DNA of 55,415 nucleotides, from assembly GCA_019459705.1 (NCBI GenBank), contig JAIBFE010000179.1:1-55415 (forward strand). The letters are read 5' to 3'. The notes under the pieces are model-generated. The model was not told where the DNA came from. It saw only the letters and a list, made by a program, of their open reading frames with translations, and made no database searches. How positions within the stretch are numbered: the first letter of the stretch is position 1; each line of letters starts with the position of its first letter. This document shows positions 1 to 9,557 of the stretch, piece after piece. The DNA is from Thiobacillus sp. GTDB taxonomy: Bacteria; Pseudomonadota; Gammaproteobacteria; Burkholderiales; Thiobacillaceae. The position numbers and the translations under genes are program-made.

Positions 1-5
1 ACCCT

Positions 6-22
6 TTGGCACTTCCCCTGCC
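6..22 (+). promoter_or_regulatory. Putative sigma-54 (-24/-12) promoter upstream of the XrtA EPS operon
   Basis: TTGGCACTTCCCCTGCC: GG(8-9)-N10-GC(20-21) with a TGGCAC core, matching YTGGCACGNNNNTTGCW spacing; intergenic and correctly oriented. Confidence 0.6.
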
Positions 23-33
23 CTTTTCCGACC

Positions 34-150
34 ATGGACAAACAACTGCAAACGCTGGAGCACGCCCAGCAAACCGCGATCGATCTTGCCATCCAGTTCG
101 GGCCCAGGCTGGTGGTGGCGCTTTTTGATGGAACGTCCGCATGGATCTAG
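34..150 (+). pseudogene. 38-aa ORF, possibly a truncated 5' stub of an MscS-family channel gene (or a leader ORF)
   Basis: Hand translation MDKQLQTLEHAQQTAIDLAIQFGPRLVVALFDGTSAWI*. It resembles, from recall, betaproteobacterial MscS N-termini (..AIxFGPKxVVAxxI..). Its stop overlaps the next gene's start. Confidence 0.35.
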
Positions 151-1676
151 TGCTGCAACAAATTCTGGCTTATGCCAAAGCCTCCTGGCGACGTCGCTGG
201 TGGGGCGTGGTCGTGGCCTGGCTGGTCTGCATCGTCGGCTGGACCTGGGTGATGATGATCCCCGACCGTTATCAGGCATCGGCGCGCGTCTATGTGGATA
301 CGCAAACCCTGCTGAAGCCTCTGCTGTCCGGGCTTGCGGCCGAGCCCAATGTCGAGCAGCAGATCAAGCTGATGACGCGCCAGCTGGTCAGCCGGCCGAC
401 GCTGGAAAAGGTCGCGCGCATGACCGATCTGGACGTCAAGGCAAAAACGCCGGAGCAGACCGAGGCGATGCTGAACGGTCTGGCCAGCAAGATTTCCATC
501 GCCGACGCCGGGCGTGAGAATCTCTACACCATCAGTTATCAGGACGCCAACGGCGACCTGGCCAAGAAGGTGGTGCAGTCGCTGCTGACCATTTTTGTGG
601 AAACCAGCCTCGGCAAGACTCGCCAGGATATTTCAAGTTCGGCGCGCTTCATCGAAGAGCAGTTGCAGCAGTACCAGCAGAAGCTCACCGACGCCGAAAA
701 CGCGCTCAAGGAATTCAAGCAGAAGCACATCGGCATGATGCCGGGGCAGGGCGGCGACTACTACGCCAAGCTGGCCGAGACGTCGGCGCAACTGCGGCAG
801 GCCCAGCTGGACCAGCAGGAGGCCCTCAACCGCCGCAATCAGCTCAAGCGGCAACTGGCTGACGAGGAACCCGAGCTCAACGCCGCCGCGGCTGCGGTGT
901 CGACCCACAGCGAGATCGACGGCCGCATCCAGGCGCTGGAAAAGCAGATGGATCAGCTGCGCCTGCAATACACCGACCTGCACCCCGATATCCAGTCGAC
1001 CAAGCGTCTGATCGAGAAACTGGAAGCGCAGAAGAAAATCGATCTGGCCGGTCGCAAGGATGATCCCGCAGGCGCACGGATCCAGAACCCGGTCTACCAG
1101 CAACTTACCATCGCCATCGCCGAGGCGGATGCCACCGTTGCGTCGCTGCAGGCTCGGGTGGCTGAATATCAGCGCCGCTTCGGCGACCTGCGCAATGCGT
1201 CCAACATGATTCCGCAGGTGGAGCAGGAATACACCCAGCTGATGCGCGACTACGACGTCTATCGCCAGAATTATGACGCCCTGCTGAAGCGCCGCGAGTC
1301 GGTCACCATGTCGGGCGAGGTTGAAAGCAAGACCGATACCGTGGACTTCCGCGTGATTGATCCGCCATTCGTGCCGAGCCAGCCGGCGTGGCCAAACCGG
1401 CCGCTGCTGCTGTCGCTGGTGACCCTGGGCGGACTTGTGGCAGGTGTCGCCGTCTCCTTCCTGCTGAGCCAGCTGCGCCGTACCGTGACCGACCGCCGTG
1501 CCCTGCGCGAGCTGACCGGACTGCCGTTGCTGGGTGCGGTATCGCGGGTGGAAACCGACGAAACCCGCAAGCGCAAGCGCAAAGGCCTGCTGACCTATCT
1601 GGCGGCGTTGGGCAGCCTGATAGCCGCCTATGGCGCTGTGATGATCCTGCAACTGCTTGTGTCGCGCGCGGGCTAG
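141..1676 (+). CDS. XrtA-system polysaccharide chain-length determinant (Wzz/Wzc membrane-periplasmic module, TIGR03007-like)
   Basis: N-terminal TM (WRRRWWGVVVAWLVCIVGW), Y-x-ASARVYVD, long coiled coil, YTDLHPD, FRVIDPP..P..P..PNR and C-terminal TM helices. Confidence 0.92.
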   Translation: MDLVLQQILAYAKASWRRRWWGVVVAWLVCIVGWTWVMMIPDRYQASARVYVDTQTLLKPLLSGLAAEPNVEQQIKLMTRQLVSRPTLEKVARMTDLDVKAKTPEQTEAMLNGLASKISIADAGRENLYTISYQDANGDLAKKVVQSLLTIFVETSLGKTRQDISSSARFIEEQLQQYQQKLTDAENALKEFKQKHIGMMPGQGGDYYAKLAETSAQLRQAQLDQQEALNRRNQLKRQLADEEPELNAAAAAVSTHSEIDGRIQALEKQMDQLRLQYTDLHPDIQSTKRLIEKLEAQKKIDLAGRKDDPAGARIQNPVYQQLTIAIAEADATVASLQARVAEYQRRFGDLRNASNMIPQVEQEYTQLMRDYDVYRQNYDALLKRRESVTMSGEVESKTDTVDFRVIDPPFVPSQPAWPNRPLLLSLVTLGGLVAGVAVSFLLSQLRRTVTDRRALRELTGLPLLGAVSRVETDETRKRKRKGLLTYLAALGSLIAAYGAVMILQLLVSRAG

Positions 1677-1684
1677 GAGAGACC

Positions 1685-2629
1685 ATGAGCATTATTGAAA
1701 AAGCAGCCGGCAAGATTGGTGCGGGGACTCCCCGCCCGGCGTCCCCTGGCGACAATGACGACCCCGACCATAACGCCAGCCTGATCGAAAACGCGCTCAG
1801 CAAGCAGCGCAGCAGCCACGCCGCACCGTTTGTCGCCACTCCGGTCGAGCCGATGTTCAGCGAGCAGGATGCCGATACGGTGCTGGAAGGCAACAGCCAG
1901 GTGCAGTCGATCAACCTGGCGCGCCTGCACCGCATGGGCGTGGTGTCGCCCGATGCCGAAAAGAGCCAGATTGCCGAGGAGTTCCGCATCATCAAGCGGC
2001 CGCTCATCGCCAACGCCTTCGGCCAGGGCGCCGCACGGGTCAAGAATGGCAATCTCATCATGGTCACCAGTTCGCTGCCGGGCGAAGGCAAGAGCTTCTG
2101 CGCCATCAATCTCGCTATTTCGATGGCGATGGAAATGGATCGCACCGTGTTGCTGATCGACGCCGACGTCGCCAAGCCGCGCGTGCCCGAGTATCTCGGC
2201 ATTCATGCCGACAAGGGTCTGCTCGACGTGCTGCAGGACAAGGACCTGAAACTGTCCGACGTGCTGATCCGCACCGACATCGCCAAGCTGACGGTGTTGC
2301 CCGCCGGTCGCACCTACAAGCGGGCGACCGAACTGCTGGCGAGCGCCGCCATGACCCGTCTGGTCGAGGATATCGGCAACCGGTACCCTGACCGTATAAT
2401 CCTGTTCGATTCCCCGCCGCTGCTTGCGACCAGCGAATCGAGCGTGCTGGCCACCCACATGGGACAGATAGTCATGGTGGTGGAAGCCGAGAAAACCTCG
2501 CAGGATGCGGTGCGCGAAGCCCTCAGTCACATCCAGTCATGCGAAGTGGTGGGCATGCTGCTGAACAAAACCACGCCGACCCCGGGTGCAGATTATTACT
2601 ATGGCTACTATGGCAGTTACGGCAAATAA
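1685..2629 (+). CDS. XrtA-associated tyrosine autokinase (BY-kinase, CpsD/CapB-like)
   Basis: Walker A SLPGEGKS, A' LLIDAD, B ILFDSPP; C-terminal Tyr cluster DYYYGYYGSYGK; AGGAGA RBS before ATG 1685. Confidence 0.93.
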   Translation: MSIIEKAAGKIGAGTPRPASPGDNDDPDHNASLIENALSKQRSSHAAPFVATPVEPMFSEQDADTVLEGNSQVQSINLARLHRMGVVSPDAEKSQIAEEFRIIKRPLIANAFGQGAARVKNGNLIMVTSSLPGEGKSFCAINLAISMAMEMDRTVLLIDADVAKPRVPEYLGIHADKGLLDVLQDKDLKLSDVLIRTDIAKLTVLPAGRTYKRATELLASAAMTRLVEDIGNRYPDRIILFDSPPLLATSESSVLATHMGQIVMVVEAEKTSQDAVREALSHIQSCEVVGMLLNKTTPTPGADYYYGYYGSYGK

Positions 2630-4190
2630 GTGCCGCCGGCGTTGCGCCAGGACGGCGTCGCACAGACAAGCTCCCCTGGCCGGAGCTTTTTCTGTTTTCA
2701 TGGTTATGGCATTCGCAATGCCGGCACATGCGCTTGACTGGCGTTTCGAGCCCAGCGTCGATGCCAGGGCTACCTACACGGACAACGTCAATCAGAGCGC
2801 AACCAACCCCGAAGATGCGCTGATCCTGAGTGTGACGCCGGGCTTCTTCCTGCGTTCCGAAGGTTCGCGGCGGGTTCAGGCCACCCTGCAGTATGGTCTG
2901 ATGGGCGTGGCGCGTTTTGGCGAGGACGAAAGCACAGACCTTAATCACAGCCTGAACGCCGTCGGCAAGGCGGAACTGGTCGAGGACTTCCTGTTCATCG
3001 ATGGCGCCGCACGCATATCGCAAGAACTGATTTCGCTGCAGGGCTCCACGGCCAGTGCCGAGATCAACGACAGCAACCGCGCTACTGTCGGTACCTATTC
3101 GATCAGTCCCTATATCCAGCAGCGTCTCGGTACCTTTGCCGCGGCGCAGGCGCGCTACACGGCCAGCGGCGCGATTTTCGAGAACGATGTCGCTGCCAAT
3201 TCCGCGTCGAATGCGTTTACGGCGAGCCTGAACAGCGGCAGCCGCTTCAACGATCTCAGCTGGGGACTCAATTACTCCATCCGCAAGACAGAAAACCGTG
3301 ATGCCGCCGATACCACCTTCGAGCGCGCGAACGCAAACGTCGGCTACGCGCTGACCCGTAAATTCCGGGTGTTCGGTACCGTGGGCCAGGACTGGAACGA
3401 ATACCTCAGCAGCACCGGAACCAGCGGCTCGTCATACAGCGTCGGCTTTGGCTGGTCACCTACGCGCCGCACCAGCGTCGAGGCCTCGGTAGGCGAACGG
3501 TATTTCGGCAACACCTTCAGTTTTTCCGGTAGCCACCGCACACGTTTGTCGAACTGGACCGTGCGCTATTCGGAGGATGTCAGCGATATCACGCAGCAAT
3601 TTCTGGAGCAAAGCAGCCAGTTGTTTTTTTTATGTGCTACCGCGCCCTATCTTCTGCCAGCTGACGACCTTTCACAATCGCCTCCCGCAAATTGTGCGGG
3701 GCCCTATACGGCTGGACAGCTAATCAGCAATACCAACTTGTCGGATCCGGTTTTGGTGGCGCTTGGTCTGAAAACGATCGGGATTGCCAATGGCATTTAT
3801 GTCATCAAGAGCCTGACCGCCGGGGTGTCGTGGAATCTTGGTCGACTGGACTTTGGGCTGTCGGCGCAAGACACCAAACGGCTTTATCTGGCACTGGGTG
3901 ATGCGCAGGATCACGTGCAGGGGGTGACGGGTTCCGTCAGTTATCGTCTGTCTCCCAAAACCACGGCTGTTAGCAGTCTTTCGTTTACCCGCAATAGCCT
4001 GGATAGTCAGGTGATTGGTGGGCCGGCACGTGAGGATGACATTATCATTCTGGGTCTTGGCCTCAACCACCGCTTCGCCGACAAGCTCAACGGCGCGCTG
4101 AATTTCCGCCATACCCAACGGGATTCGAACGAAGCGAATTCCGACTACGATGAAAACAGCCTGACGGCCTCGGTCAACATGCGCTTCTGA
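2601..4190 (+). CDS. PEP-CTERM-system-associated outer-membrane beta-barrel protein (TIGR03016-like)
   Basis: Signal peptide ending AHA-L, TYTDNV motif, alternating beta-strand pattern, terminal Phe (VNMRF), position after the kinase. Start uncertain (2601, 2610 or 2700). Confidence 0.85.
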   Translation: MATMAVTANKCRRRCARTASHRQAPLAGAFSVFMVMAFAMPAHALDWRFEPSVDARATYTDNVNQSATNPEDALILSVTPGFFLRSEGSRRVQATLQYGLMGVARFGEDESTDLNHSLNAVGKAELVEDFLFIDGAARISQELISLQGSTASAEINDSNRATVGTYSISPYIQQRLGTFAAAQARYTASGAIFENDVAANSASNAFTASLNSGSRFNDLSWGLNYSIRKTENRDAADTTFERANANVGYALTRKFRVFGTVGQDWNEYLSSTGTSGSSYSVGFGWSPTRRTSVEASVGERYFGNTFSFSGSHRTRLSNWTVRYSEDVSDITQQFLEQSSQLFFLCATAPYLLPADDLSQSPPANCAGPYTAGQLISNTNLSDPVLVALGLKTIGIANGIYVIKSLTAGVSWNLGRLDFGLSAQDTKRLYLALGDAQDHVQGVTGSVSYRLSPKTTAVSSLSFTRNSLDSQVIGGPAREDDIIILGLGLNHRFADKLNGALNFRHTQRDSNEANSDYDENSLTASVNMRF

Positions 4191-4203
4191 CCACGCTTCC
4201 GGC

Positions 4204-4220
4204 ATGGCACAGCCGTTGCT
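4204..4220 (+). promoter_or_regulatory. Putative sigma-54 promoter upstream of the ATPase-wecB-...-xrtA run
   Basis: ATGGCACAGCCGTTGCT, near-perfect TGGCAC-N5-TTGCT, in the 81-bp intergenic gap. Confidence 0.7.
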
Positions 4221-4271
4221 TCGCATTTTGTGCGCACACGGGCTGTGCTCCTCTCAGACAACGGATTGTCC

Positions 4272-5306
4272 ATGTACGAAGATTATTACCGCTTTAGTGC
4301 CAAGCCGTTTCAGCTCAATCCCGACCCACGCTTTTTCTTCGGCTCCAAGGGGCACAAACGGGCGATGGCGTATCTGGATTACGGCCTGTCGCTTGGTGAG
4401 GGGTTCATCGTCATCACCGGGGAAGTCGGCGCAGGCAAGACCACGCTGGTGCGCAACCTGTTTCGCCAGCTTGAAACCCACAACCTGGTGGCTGCGCAAC
4501 TGGTGTCGACCCAACTGGATGCCGAGGACACGCTGCGCAGCGTGGCCGCTTCGTTCGGACTCGAGCATGAAGGCCTGACCAAGTCGGCGCTGCTGAAAAA
4601 TCTGGAAGACTTTCTGTCGGCGGCTACCCGCCAGGGCAAGCGTGCGCTGCTGGTGGTGGACGAGGCGCAGAACCTGACGCCGCGTGCGGTCGAAGAGCTG
4701 CGCATGCTGTCCAATTTCCAGAACAATGAGCGTTCGCTGATACAGACCTTTCTGCTGGGGCAGCCCGAGTTTCGCGGCATCCTTCAAAGCCCCGACATGC
4801 AGCAGCTGCGTCAGCGCGTGGTGGCCTCGTATCATCTGGGCCCGCTCGATGCGGACGAGACGCGTGGCTACATCGAACACCGCCTGCGCACCGTCGGCTG
4901 GCAGGGAATGCCGAGTTTTGATGACGAGGCCTTTGCTGTGCTGCATCGTTTTACCGGTGGCATTCCGCGTCGCCTCAATACCACCTGCGACCGGCTGCTG
5001 CTGTTTGGCTTTCTCGAAGAGAAGAGCCACTTTGGCGAGGCCGAGGTCAACGAGGTGATTGCCGATCTGAAGAACGAGGTGGCGCACCAGGACTTTCATG
5101 GTGCAACCGGCGTCAACAATCATGCATCGGCAGGAAGCGTGCTGCACAGTGAGGATACTGCGCGGCTTGCGCAGCGTCTCGATCAGGTGGAGCGCTCGGT
5201 CAATCGCATCCTGCCCATTGTGCGCAAGATTCTCTATACCGTGAGCGAGCGCAACGCGGCTGCAGGTGAAGAAGGTATGCCGCCGGACCGCGATTCCACG
5301 CATTAA
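4272..5306 (+). CDS. XrtA/PEP-CTERM-associated ExeA-like AAA ATPase (TIGR03015-like)
   Basis: MYEDYY..PFQLNPDP start, Walker A GEVGAGKT, Walker B LLVVDEAQ, LEELRMLSN-like motif, GGIPRRLN. Confidence 0.92.
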   Translation: MYEDYYRFSAKPFQLNPDPRFFFGSKGHKRAMAYLDYGLSLGEGFIVITGEVGAGKTTLVRNLFRQLETHNLVAAQLVSTQLDAEDTLRSVAASFGLEHEGLTKSALLKNLEDFLSAATRQGKRALLVVDEAQNLTPRAVEELRMLSNFQNNERSLIQTFLLGQPEFRGILQSPDMQQLRQRVVASYHLGPLDADETRGYIEHRLRTVGWQGMPSFDDEAFAVLHRFTGGIPRRLNTTCDRLLLFGFLEEKSHFGEAEVNEVIADLKNEVAHQDFHGATGVNNHASAGSVLHSEDTARLAQRLDQVERSVNRILPIVRKILYTVSERNAAAGEEGMPPDRDSTH

Positions 5307-5315
5307 GGCTTCGCC

Positions 5316-6419
5316 ATGACACAGGTCTTATGCGTCGCAGGCGCGCGCCCCAACTTCATGAAAATTGCCCCGGTGATGGCGGCGCTTGCCGAGACCGGGA
5401 TCGCTGCGCAGTTGTTGCATACCGGCCAGCATTACGACGCGGCGATGAGCGACAGCTTTTTTGCCGATCTCGGCATTCCGCGCCCCGATCATCACCTTGA
5501 AGTCGGCTCCGGCAGCCATGCGGTGCAGACCGCCGAAGTGATGAAGCGATTCGAGCCGGTGCTCGAAAGCGTGCAGCCGCAGGCAGTGCTGGTGGTGGGG
5601 GATGTGAACTCGACCATTGCCTGCGCGCTGGTTGCGGCCAAGCGCGGCGTGCGGGAGATTCATGTCGAGGCCGGGCTGCGCAGCTACGATCGCAGCATGC
5701 CGGAGGAGATCAATCGCGTGCTCACCGACCAGATTTCCGACCTGCTGTTCACCACGGAAAAAAGTGCGCTCGCCAACCTGCAGCGCGAAGGCATCGATCC
5801 CACCCGCGTCGAGTTCGTCGGCAACGTGAGGATCGATACCCTGCACCGCAACCTCGAGCATGCGGTGGCGGCGAGCCGGACCCTTGGCGCGACGCTGCCG
5901 CAGTATGCCGTGCTGACCCTGCACCGGCCGTCCAACGTCGACGATCCGGCCATCCTGGCTGCGCTGCTCGACGTGGTCGGCGAAATCAATCGCAGGCTGC
6001 CGGTGGTGCTGCCGCTGCATCCGCGCACGCGTGGCAACATCGAAAAATTCGACCTCACCGCCAAACTCGACGGCCTGCACATCCTGCCGCCGGTGGGCTA
6101 TCTCGAAATGCTCGGCCTGATGCGCGACGCCAGGCTGGTGCTGACCGATTCCGGCGGCATCCAGGAGGAGACCACCGCGCTCGGTGTGCCCTGCCTCACC
6201 CTGCGTGAGAACACCGAACGCCCGATCACCCTCTCTGAAGGCACCAACACACTGGTGGGTCCGAACCCCGAAGCGATCCGTTCTGCGTTCAACGATGTCA
6301 TGGTCAACGGTGGCAAAGCCGGGCGCATTCCCGAATACTGGGATGGCCGTGCGGCGATGCGTATCGCGCATGCGCTGCAAGGCTGGCTGCCGATGCAGAA
6401 AGGCAGGCGGGCTGCATAA
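5316..6419 (+). CDS. wecB: UDP-N-acetylglucosamine 2-epimerase family, non-hydrolysing (GARPNFMK subtype)
   Basis: GARPNFMK, HTGQHYD, GDVNST, HVEAGLRS, PEEINR, TDSGGIQEE. Confidence 0.88.
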   Translation: MTQVLCVAGARPNFMKIAPVMAALAETGIAAQLLHTGQHYDAAMSDSFFADLGIPRPDHHLEVGSGSHAVQTAEVMKRFEPVLESVQPQAVLVVGDVNSTIACALVAAKRGVREIHVEAGLRSYDRSMPEEINRVLTDQISDLLFTTEKSALANLQREGIDPTRVEFVGNVRIDTLHRNLEHAVAASRTLGATLPQYAVLTLHRPSNVDDPAILAALLDVVGEINRRLPVVLPLHPRTRGNIEKFDLTAKLDGLHILPPVGYLEMLGLMRDARLVLTDSGGIQEETTALGVPCLTLRENTERPITLSEGTNTLVGPNPEAIRSAFNDVMVNGGKAGRIPEYWDGRAAMRIAHALQGWLPMQKGRRAA

Positions 6420-7262
6420 ATGGCGAAGATCAAAAATGCCATGTCAGTCGATGTCGAGGACTACTTCCAGGTGTCGGCCTTTGCGCCGCATATCCGGCGC
6501 GAGGACTGGGATGCCGTGCCGTGCCGGGTCGAGCGCAATGTCGATGTCATTCTCGGTCTGCTCGACGAAGCCGATGCCAGGGCTACATTCTTCACCCTCG
6601 GCTGGATCGCCGAGCGCTACCCGCAGGTGGTGCGCCGCATCGTCGACAACGGCCATGAACTTGCCAGTCATGGCTACGGCCACCAGCGTGCGTCCGATCT
6701 CACCCCCGCCGAGTTCCGCGACGACATTACCCGCGCCAAGCGCATTCTCGAAGACCTTGGTGGTGTCGCCATCCGGGGGTATCGCGCACCAAGCTTTTCC
6801 ATCAATCAGACAAACTGGTGGGCGGTCGAGGAACTGGAAAACGCAGGCTACGTGTACAGCTCCAGCATCTATCCGGTGCGCCACGACCATTACGGCATGC
6901 CCGACGCCCCCCGCTTTCCGTACCGGCCCAATGGCGAAGGCGGCATTCTCGAGCTGCCGCCGACCACCGTGCCGTTGATGGGGCGCAACCTGCCCGCAGC
7001 CGGCGGCGGCTGGTTCCGCCTGCTGCCGTACGAGGTGTCGCGCTGGATGCTGCGGCGGGTGAATGCGCAGGATCAGGCGCCCTGCATGTTCTATTTCCAC
7101 CCCTGGGAAATCGACCACGAGCAGCCGCGTCAGCGCGGTATTTCTGCGAAAACGCGCTTCCGCCATTACGTCAATCTGAAACGTATGCCGGGCAGACTGC
7201 AACAATTGCTGAACGACTTTGAATGGGATCGCGTCGATCGCGTGTTCCTGACCGAAAATTGA
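6420..7262 (+). CDS. XrtA-system polysaccharide deacetylase (CE4 plus DUF3473-like, TIGR03006-like)
   Basis: SVDVEDYF, ATFFTLG, HELASHG..H, GYRAPSFS, GGGWFR, YFHPWE. Confidence 0.92.
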   Translation: MAKIKNAMSVDVEDYFQVSAFAPHIRREDWDAVPCRVERNVDVILGLLDEADARATFFTLGWIAERYPQVVRRIVDNGHELASHGYGHQRASDLTPAEFRDDITRAKRILEDLGGVAIRGYRAPSFSINQTNWWAVEELENAGYVYSSSIYPVRHDHYGMPDAPRFPYRPNGEGGILELPPTTVPLMGRNLPAAGGGWFRLLPYEVSRWMLRRVNAQDQAPCMFYFHPWEIDHEQPRQRGISAKTRFRHYVNLKRMPGRLQQLLNDFEWDRVDRVFLTEN

Positions 7263-7264
7263 AT

Positions 7265-8332
7265 ATGCAGTCCGAAATCCTCGCCATGACCGATGCTGTG
7301 GCGGCTGAAGTCACGGTGCGCCCGCTGGGTGCGCATGACCGCGCCCGCTGGGATGCCTATGTGAACGCGCATCCGGATGCGACCTTCTTTCACCGTGCCG
7401 GCTGGAAACGCGTGATCGAGGACGCCTTCGGCCACCGCGCACATTTTCTGCTGGCCGAGCGTGGCGGCGAGGTGGTGGGCGTGCTGCCGCTGGCCGAAAT
7501 CAACAGCCGCCTGTTTGGGCACAGCCTCGGCTCGCTGCCGTTCTGCGCCTACGGCGGCATTCTGGCCGACCATGACGCCGCATACCGCGCACTCGACGAA
7601 GCCGCGCAGGCGCTCGCCGGGAAACTCAAGGTCGGGGCGCTCGAATACCGCAACCAGATCGCCCAGCATGCCCACTGGCCGACCAAGGACCTTTACGTCA
7701 CCTTCAAGAAAGCCATCGACCCCGACATCGAGGTCAACATGAACGCCATCCCGCGCAAGCAGCGGGCAATGGTGAGGAAAGGCATCAAGGCGGGGCTGGT
7801 TGGCGAGATCGATTCCGATACCACGCGCTTCTTTCAGGCATATTCGGCGAGTGTGCACCGTCTGGGCACACCGGTTTTTTCGCGCAAATTTTTCCGTTTG
7901 CTGAAGGACGAGTTCGGAGACGACTGCGAGGTGCTCACCATCACGCTGGATGGCAGCGTGATCGCCAGCGTGATGTCGTTCTACTTCCGAGACGAAGTGT
8001 TGCCCTACTACGGGGGCAGCGTCGATGCTGCGCGTGCGGTGGCAGGCAACGATTTCATGTACTGGGACCTGATGCGGCGCGCATGCGAGCGCGGACTCAA
8101 GGTGTTCGACTTTGGCCGCAGCAAGCGCGGCACCGGCTCGTTCGATTTCAAGAAAAACTGGGGCTTCGAACCGACGCCGCTGTATTACGAGTATTTTCTG
8201 GTGACGGATAAAACGGTGCCGGAAATCAACCCGCTCAATCCCAAGTACCGCCTGTTCATCCAGGCCTGGAAAAAAATGCCGCTGGCGCTCGCCAACGTCA
8301 TCGGGCCGCACATCGTCAAGAACCTGGGCTGA
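7265..8332 (+). CDS. FemAB-family GNAT protein, XrtA/PEP-CTERM-associated (TIGR03019-like)
   Basis: ATFFH, SLPF..YGG, RKQRAMVRK, LGTP, FDFGRSK, FKKNWG; canonical position. Confidence 0.9.
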   Translation: MQSEILAMTDAVAAEVTVRPLGAHDRARWDAYVNAHPDATFFHRAGWKRVIEDAFGHRAHFLLAERGGEVVGVLPLAEINSRLFGHSLGSLPFCAYGGILADHDAAYRALDEAAQALAGKLKVGALEYRNQIAQHAHWPTKDLYVTFKKAIDPDIEVNMNAIPRKQRAMVRKGIKAGLVGEIDSDTTRFFQAYSASVHRLGTPVFSRKFFRLLKDEFGDDCEVLTITLDGSVIASVMSFYFRDEVLPYYGGSVDAARAVAGNDFMYWDLMRRACERGLKVFDFGRSKRGTGSFDFKKNWGFEPTPLYYEYFLVTDKTVPEINPLNPKYRLFIQAWKKMPLALANVIGPHIVKNLG

Positions 8333-8336
8333 TGCC

Positions 8337-9557
8337 ATGGACGGGCTGCTGTTTCTTGCGCATCGCATCCCGTTCCCGCCCAACAAGGGCGACAAGATCC
8401 GCTCGTTTCATCTGCTGCGGCATCTGAGCGCGCGTTATGAAATCCACCTCGGTGCCTTTGTCGACGATCCGGACGACTGGCAATACCGGGATGCACTGAA
8501 ACCTTATTGCGCGTCGATCAAGCTGCTGCCGCTGCATCCGCGCCGTGCCAGGCTGGCCAGCCTCACCGGCCTGCTGAGCGGCGAGGCGCTGACGCTGCCC
8601 TATTACCGCAGCAGCGAGCTCAAGCGCTGGGCAGCCGGGTTGGCGGCGGCAGGTACGGTGACGCGCGGGCTGGCATTCTCCTCGGCGATGGCGCAGTTCA
8701 TGCCGGCGGGCCTTGCGCGTCGCGTGCTCGACATGGTCGACGTCGATTCCGACAAATGGACGCAGTACGCGCCGACGCAGCGCTGGCCGCTGTCCTGGGT
8801 GTATGCGCGCGAAGGCCGCAAACTGGCAGCATGGGAGGCACGGGTGGCGCAGGATTTCGACGCCACCCTGCTGGTGTCGAAGGATGAAGCGGCGCTGCTG
8901 CAGCAGCGCGCGCCGCGCGCGCGCCACAAGATCGGCGCGTTCGAAAACGGCGTCGATGCAGACTATTTTTCGCCGGCGCGCGATTACCCGAATCCCTATC
9001 CGGCTAATGTCAACGGCGTGGTGTTCACCGGCGCCATGGACTACTGGCCGAACATCGATGCGGTCACATGGTTTGCCGAACGGATTTTCCCCTCGGTGCG
9101 CGATGCGGTGCCGAACGCACAGTTCGCCATCGTCGGCAGCCGGCCCGCCGAGGCCGTCCTGGCGCTGGCGCGCCAGCCCGGCGTGATCGTCACCGGCAGC
9201 GTGCCTGACGTGCGGCCCTGGCTGGCGCATGCCGCCTGCGCCGTGGCGCCTTTGCGCATCGCGCGCGGTGTGCAGAACAAGGTGCTCGAAGCGATGGCAA
9301 TGGCGCGCCCCGTGGTTGCCAGCGCCCAGGCCGCGGAAGGCATCCGTGCCGAGGCCGGGCGCGATTTCATCCTGGCGCAGGGCGAGGCCGAGTTCGCCCG
9401 TGCCGTCGTGGCTCAATTGCAGGCAGTATCTTCAGCCGCGCCTGCGCGCGGATGCATCCTGGCGCATTACGACTGGACCCGCAATCTGGCTGCGATCGAT
9501 CCCCTGTTTGAAGCGGCGCCTGCCGCAGCCCCTGTTCCGGAGACTTGCCCTGCATGA
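8337..9557 (+). CDS. GT4 glycosyltransferase, PEP-CTERM/XrtA system (TIGR03087-like)
   Basis: HRIPFPPNKGDKIRS, DVDSDKW, FTGAMDYWPN, ARGVQNKVLEAMA. Confidence 0.9.
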   Translation: MDGLLFLAHRIPFPPNKGDKIRSFHLLRHLSARYEIHLGAFVDDPDDWQYRDALKPYCASIKLLPLHPRRARLASLTGLLSGEALTLPYYRSSELKRWAAGLAAAGTVTRGLAFSSAMAQFMPAGLARRVLDMVDVDSDKWTQYAPTQRWPLSWVYAREGRKLAAWEARVAQDFDATLLVSKDEAALLQQRAPRARHKIGAFENGVDADYFSPARDYPNPYPANVNGVVFTGAMDYWPNIDAVTWFAERIFPSVRDAVPNAQFAIVGSRPAEAVLALARQPGVIVTGSVPDVRPWLAHAACAVAPLRIARGVQNKVLEAMAMARPVVASAQAAEGIRAEAGRDFILAQGEAEFARAVVAQLQAVSSAAPARGCILAHYDWTRNLAAIDPLFEAAPAAAPVPETCPA

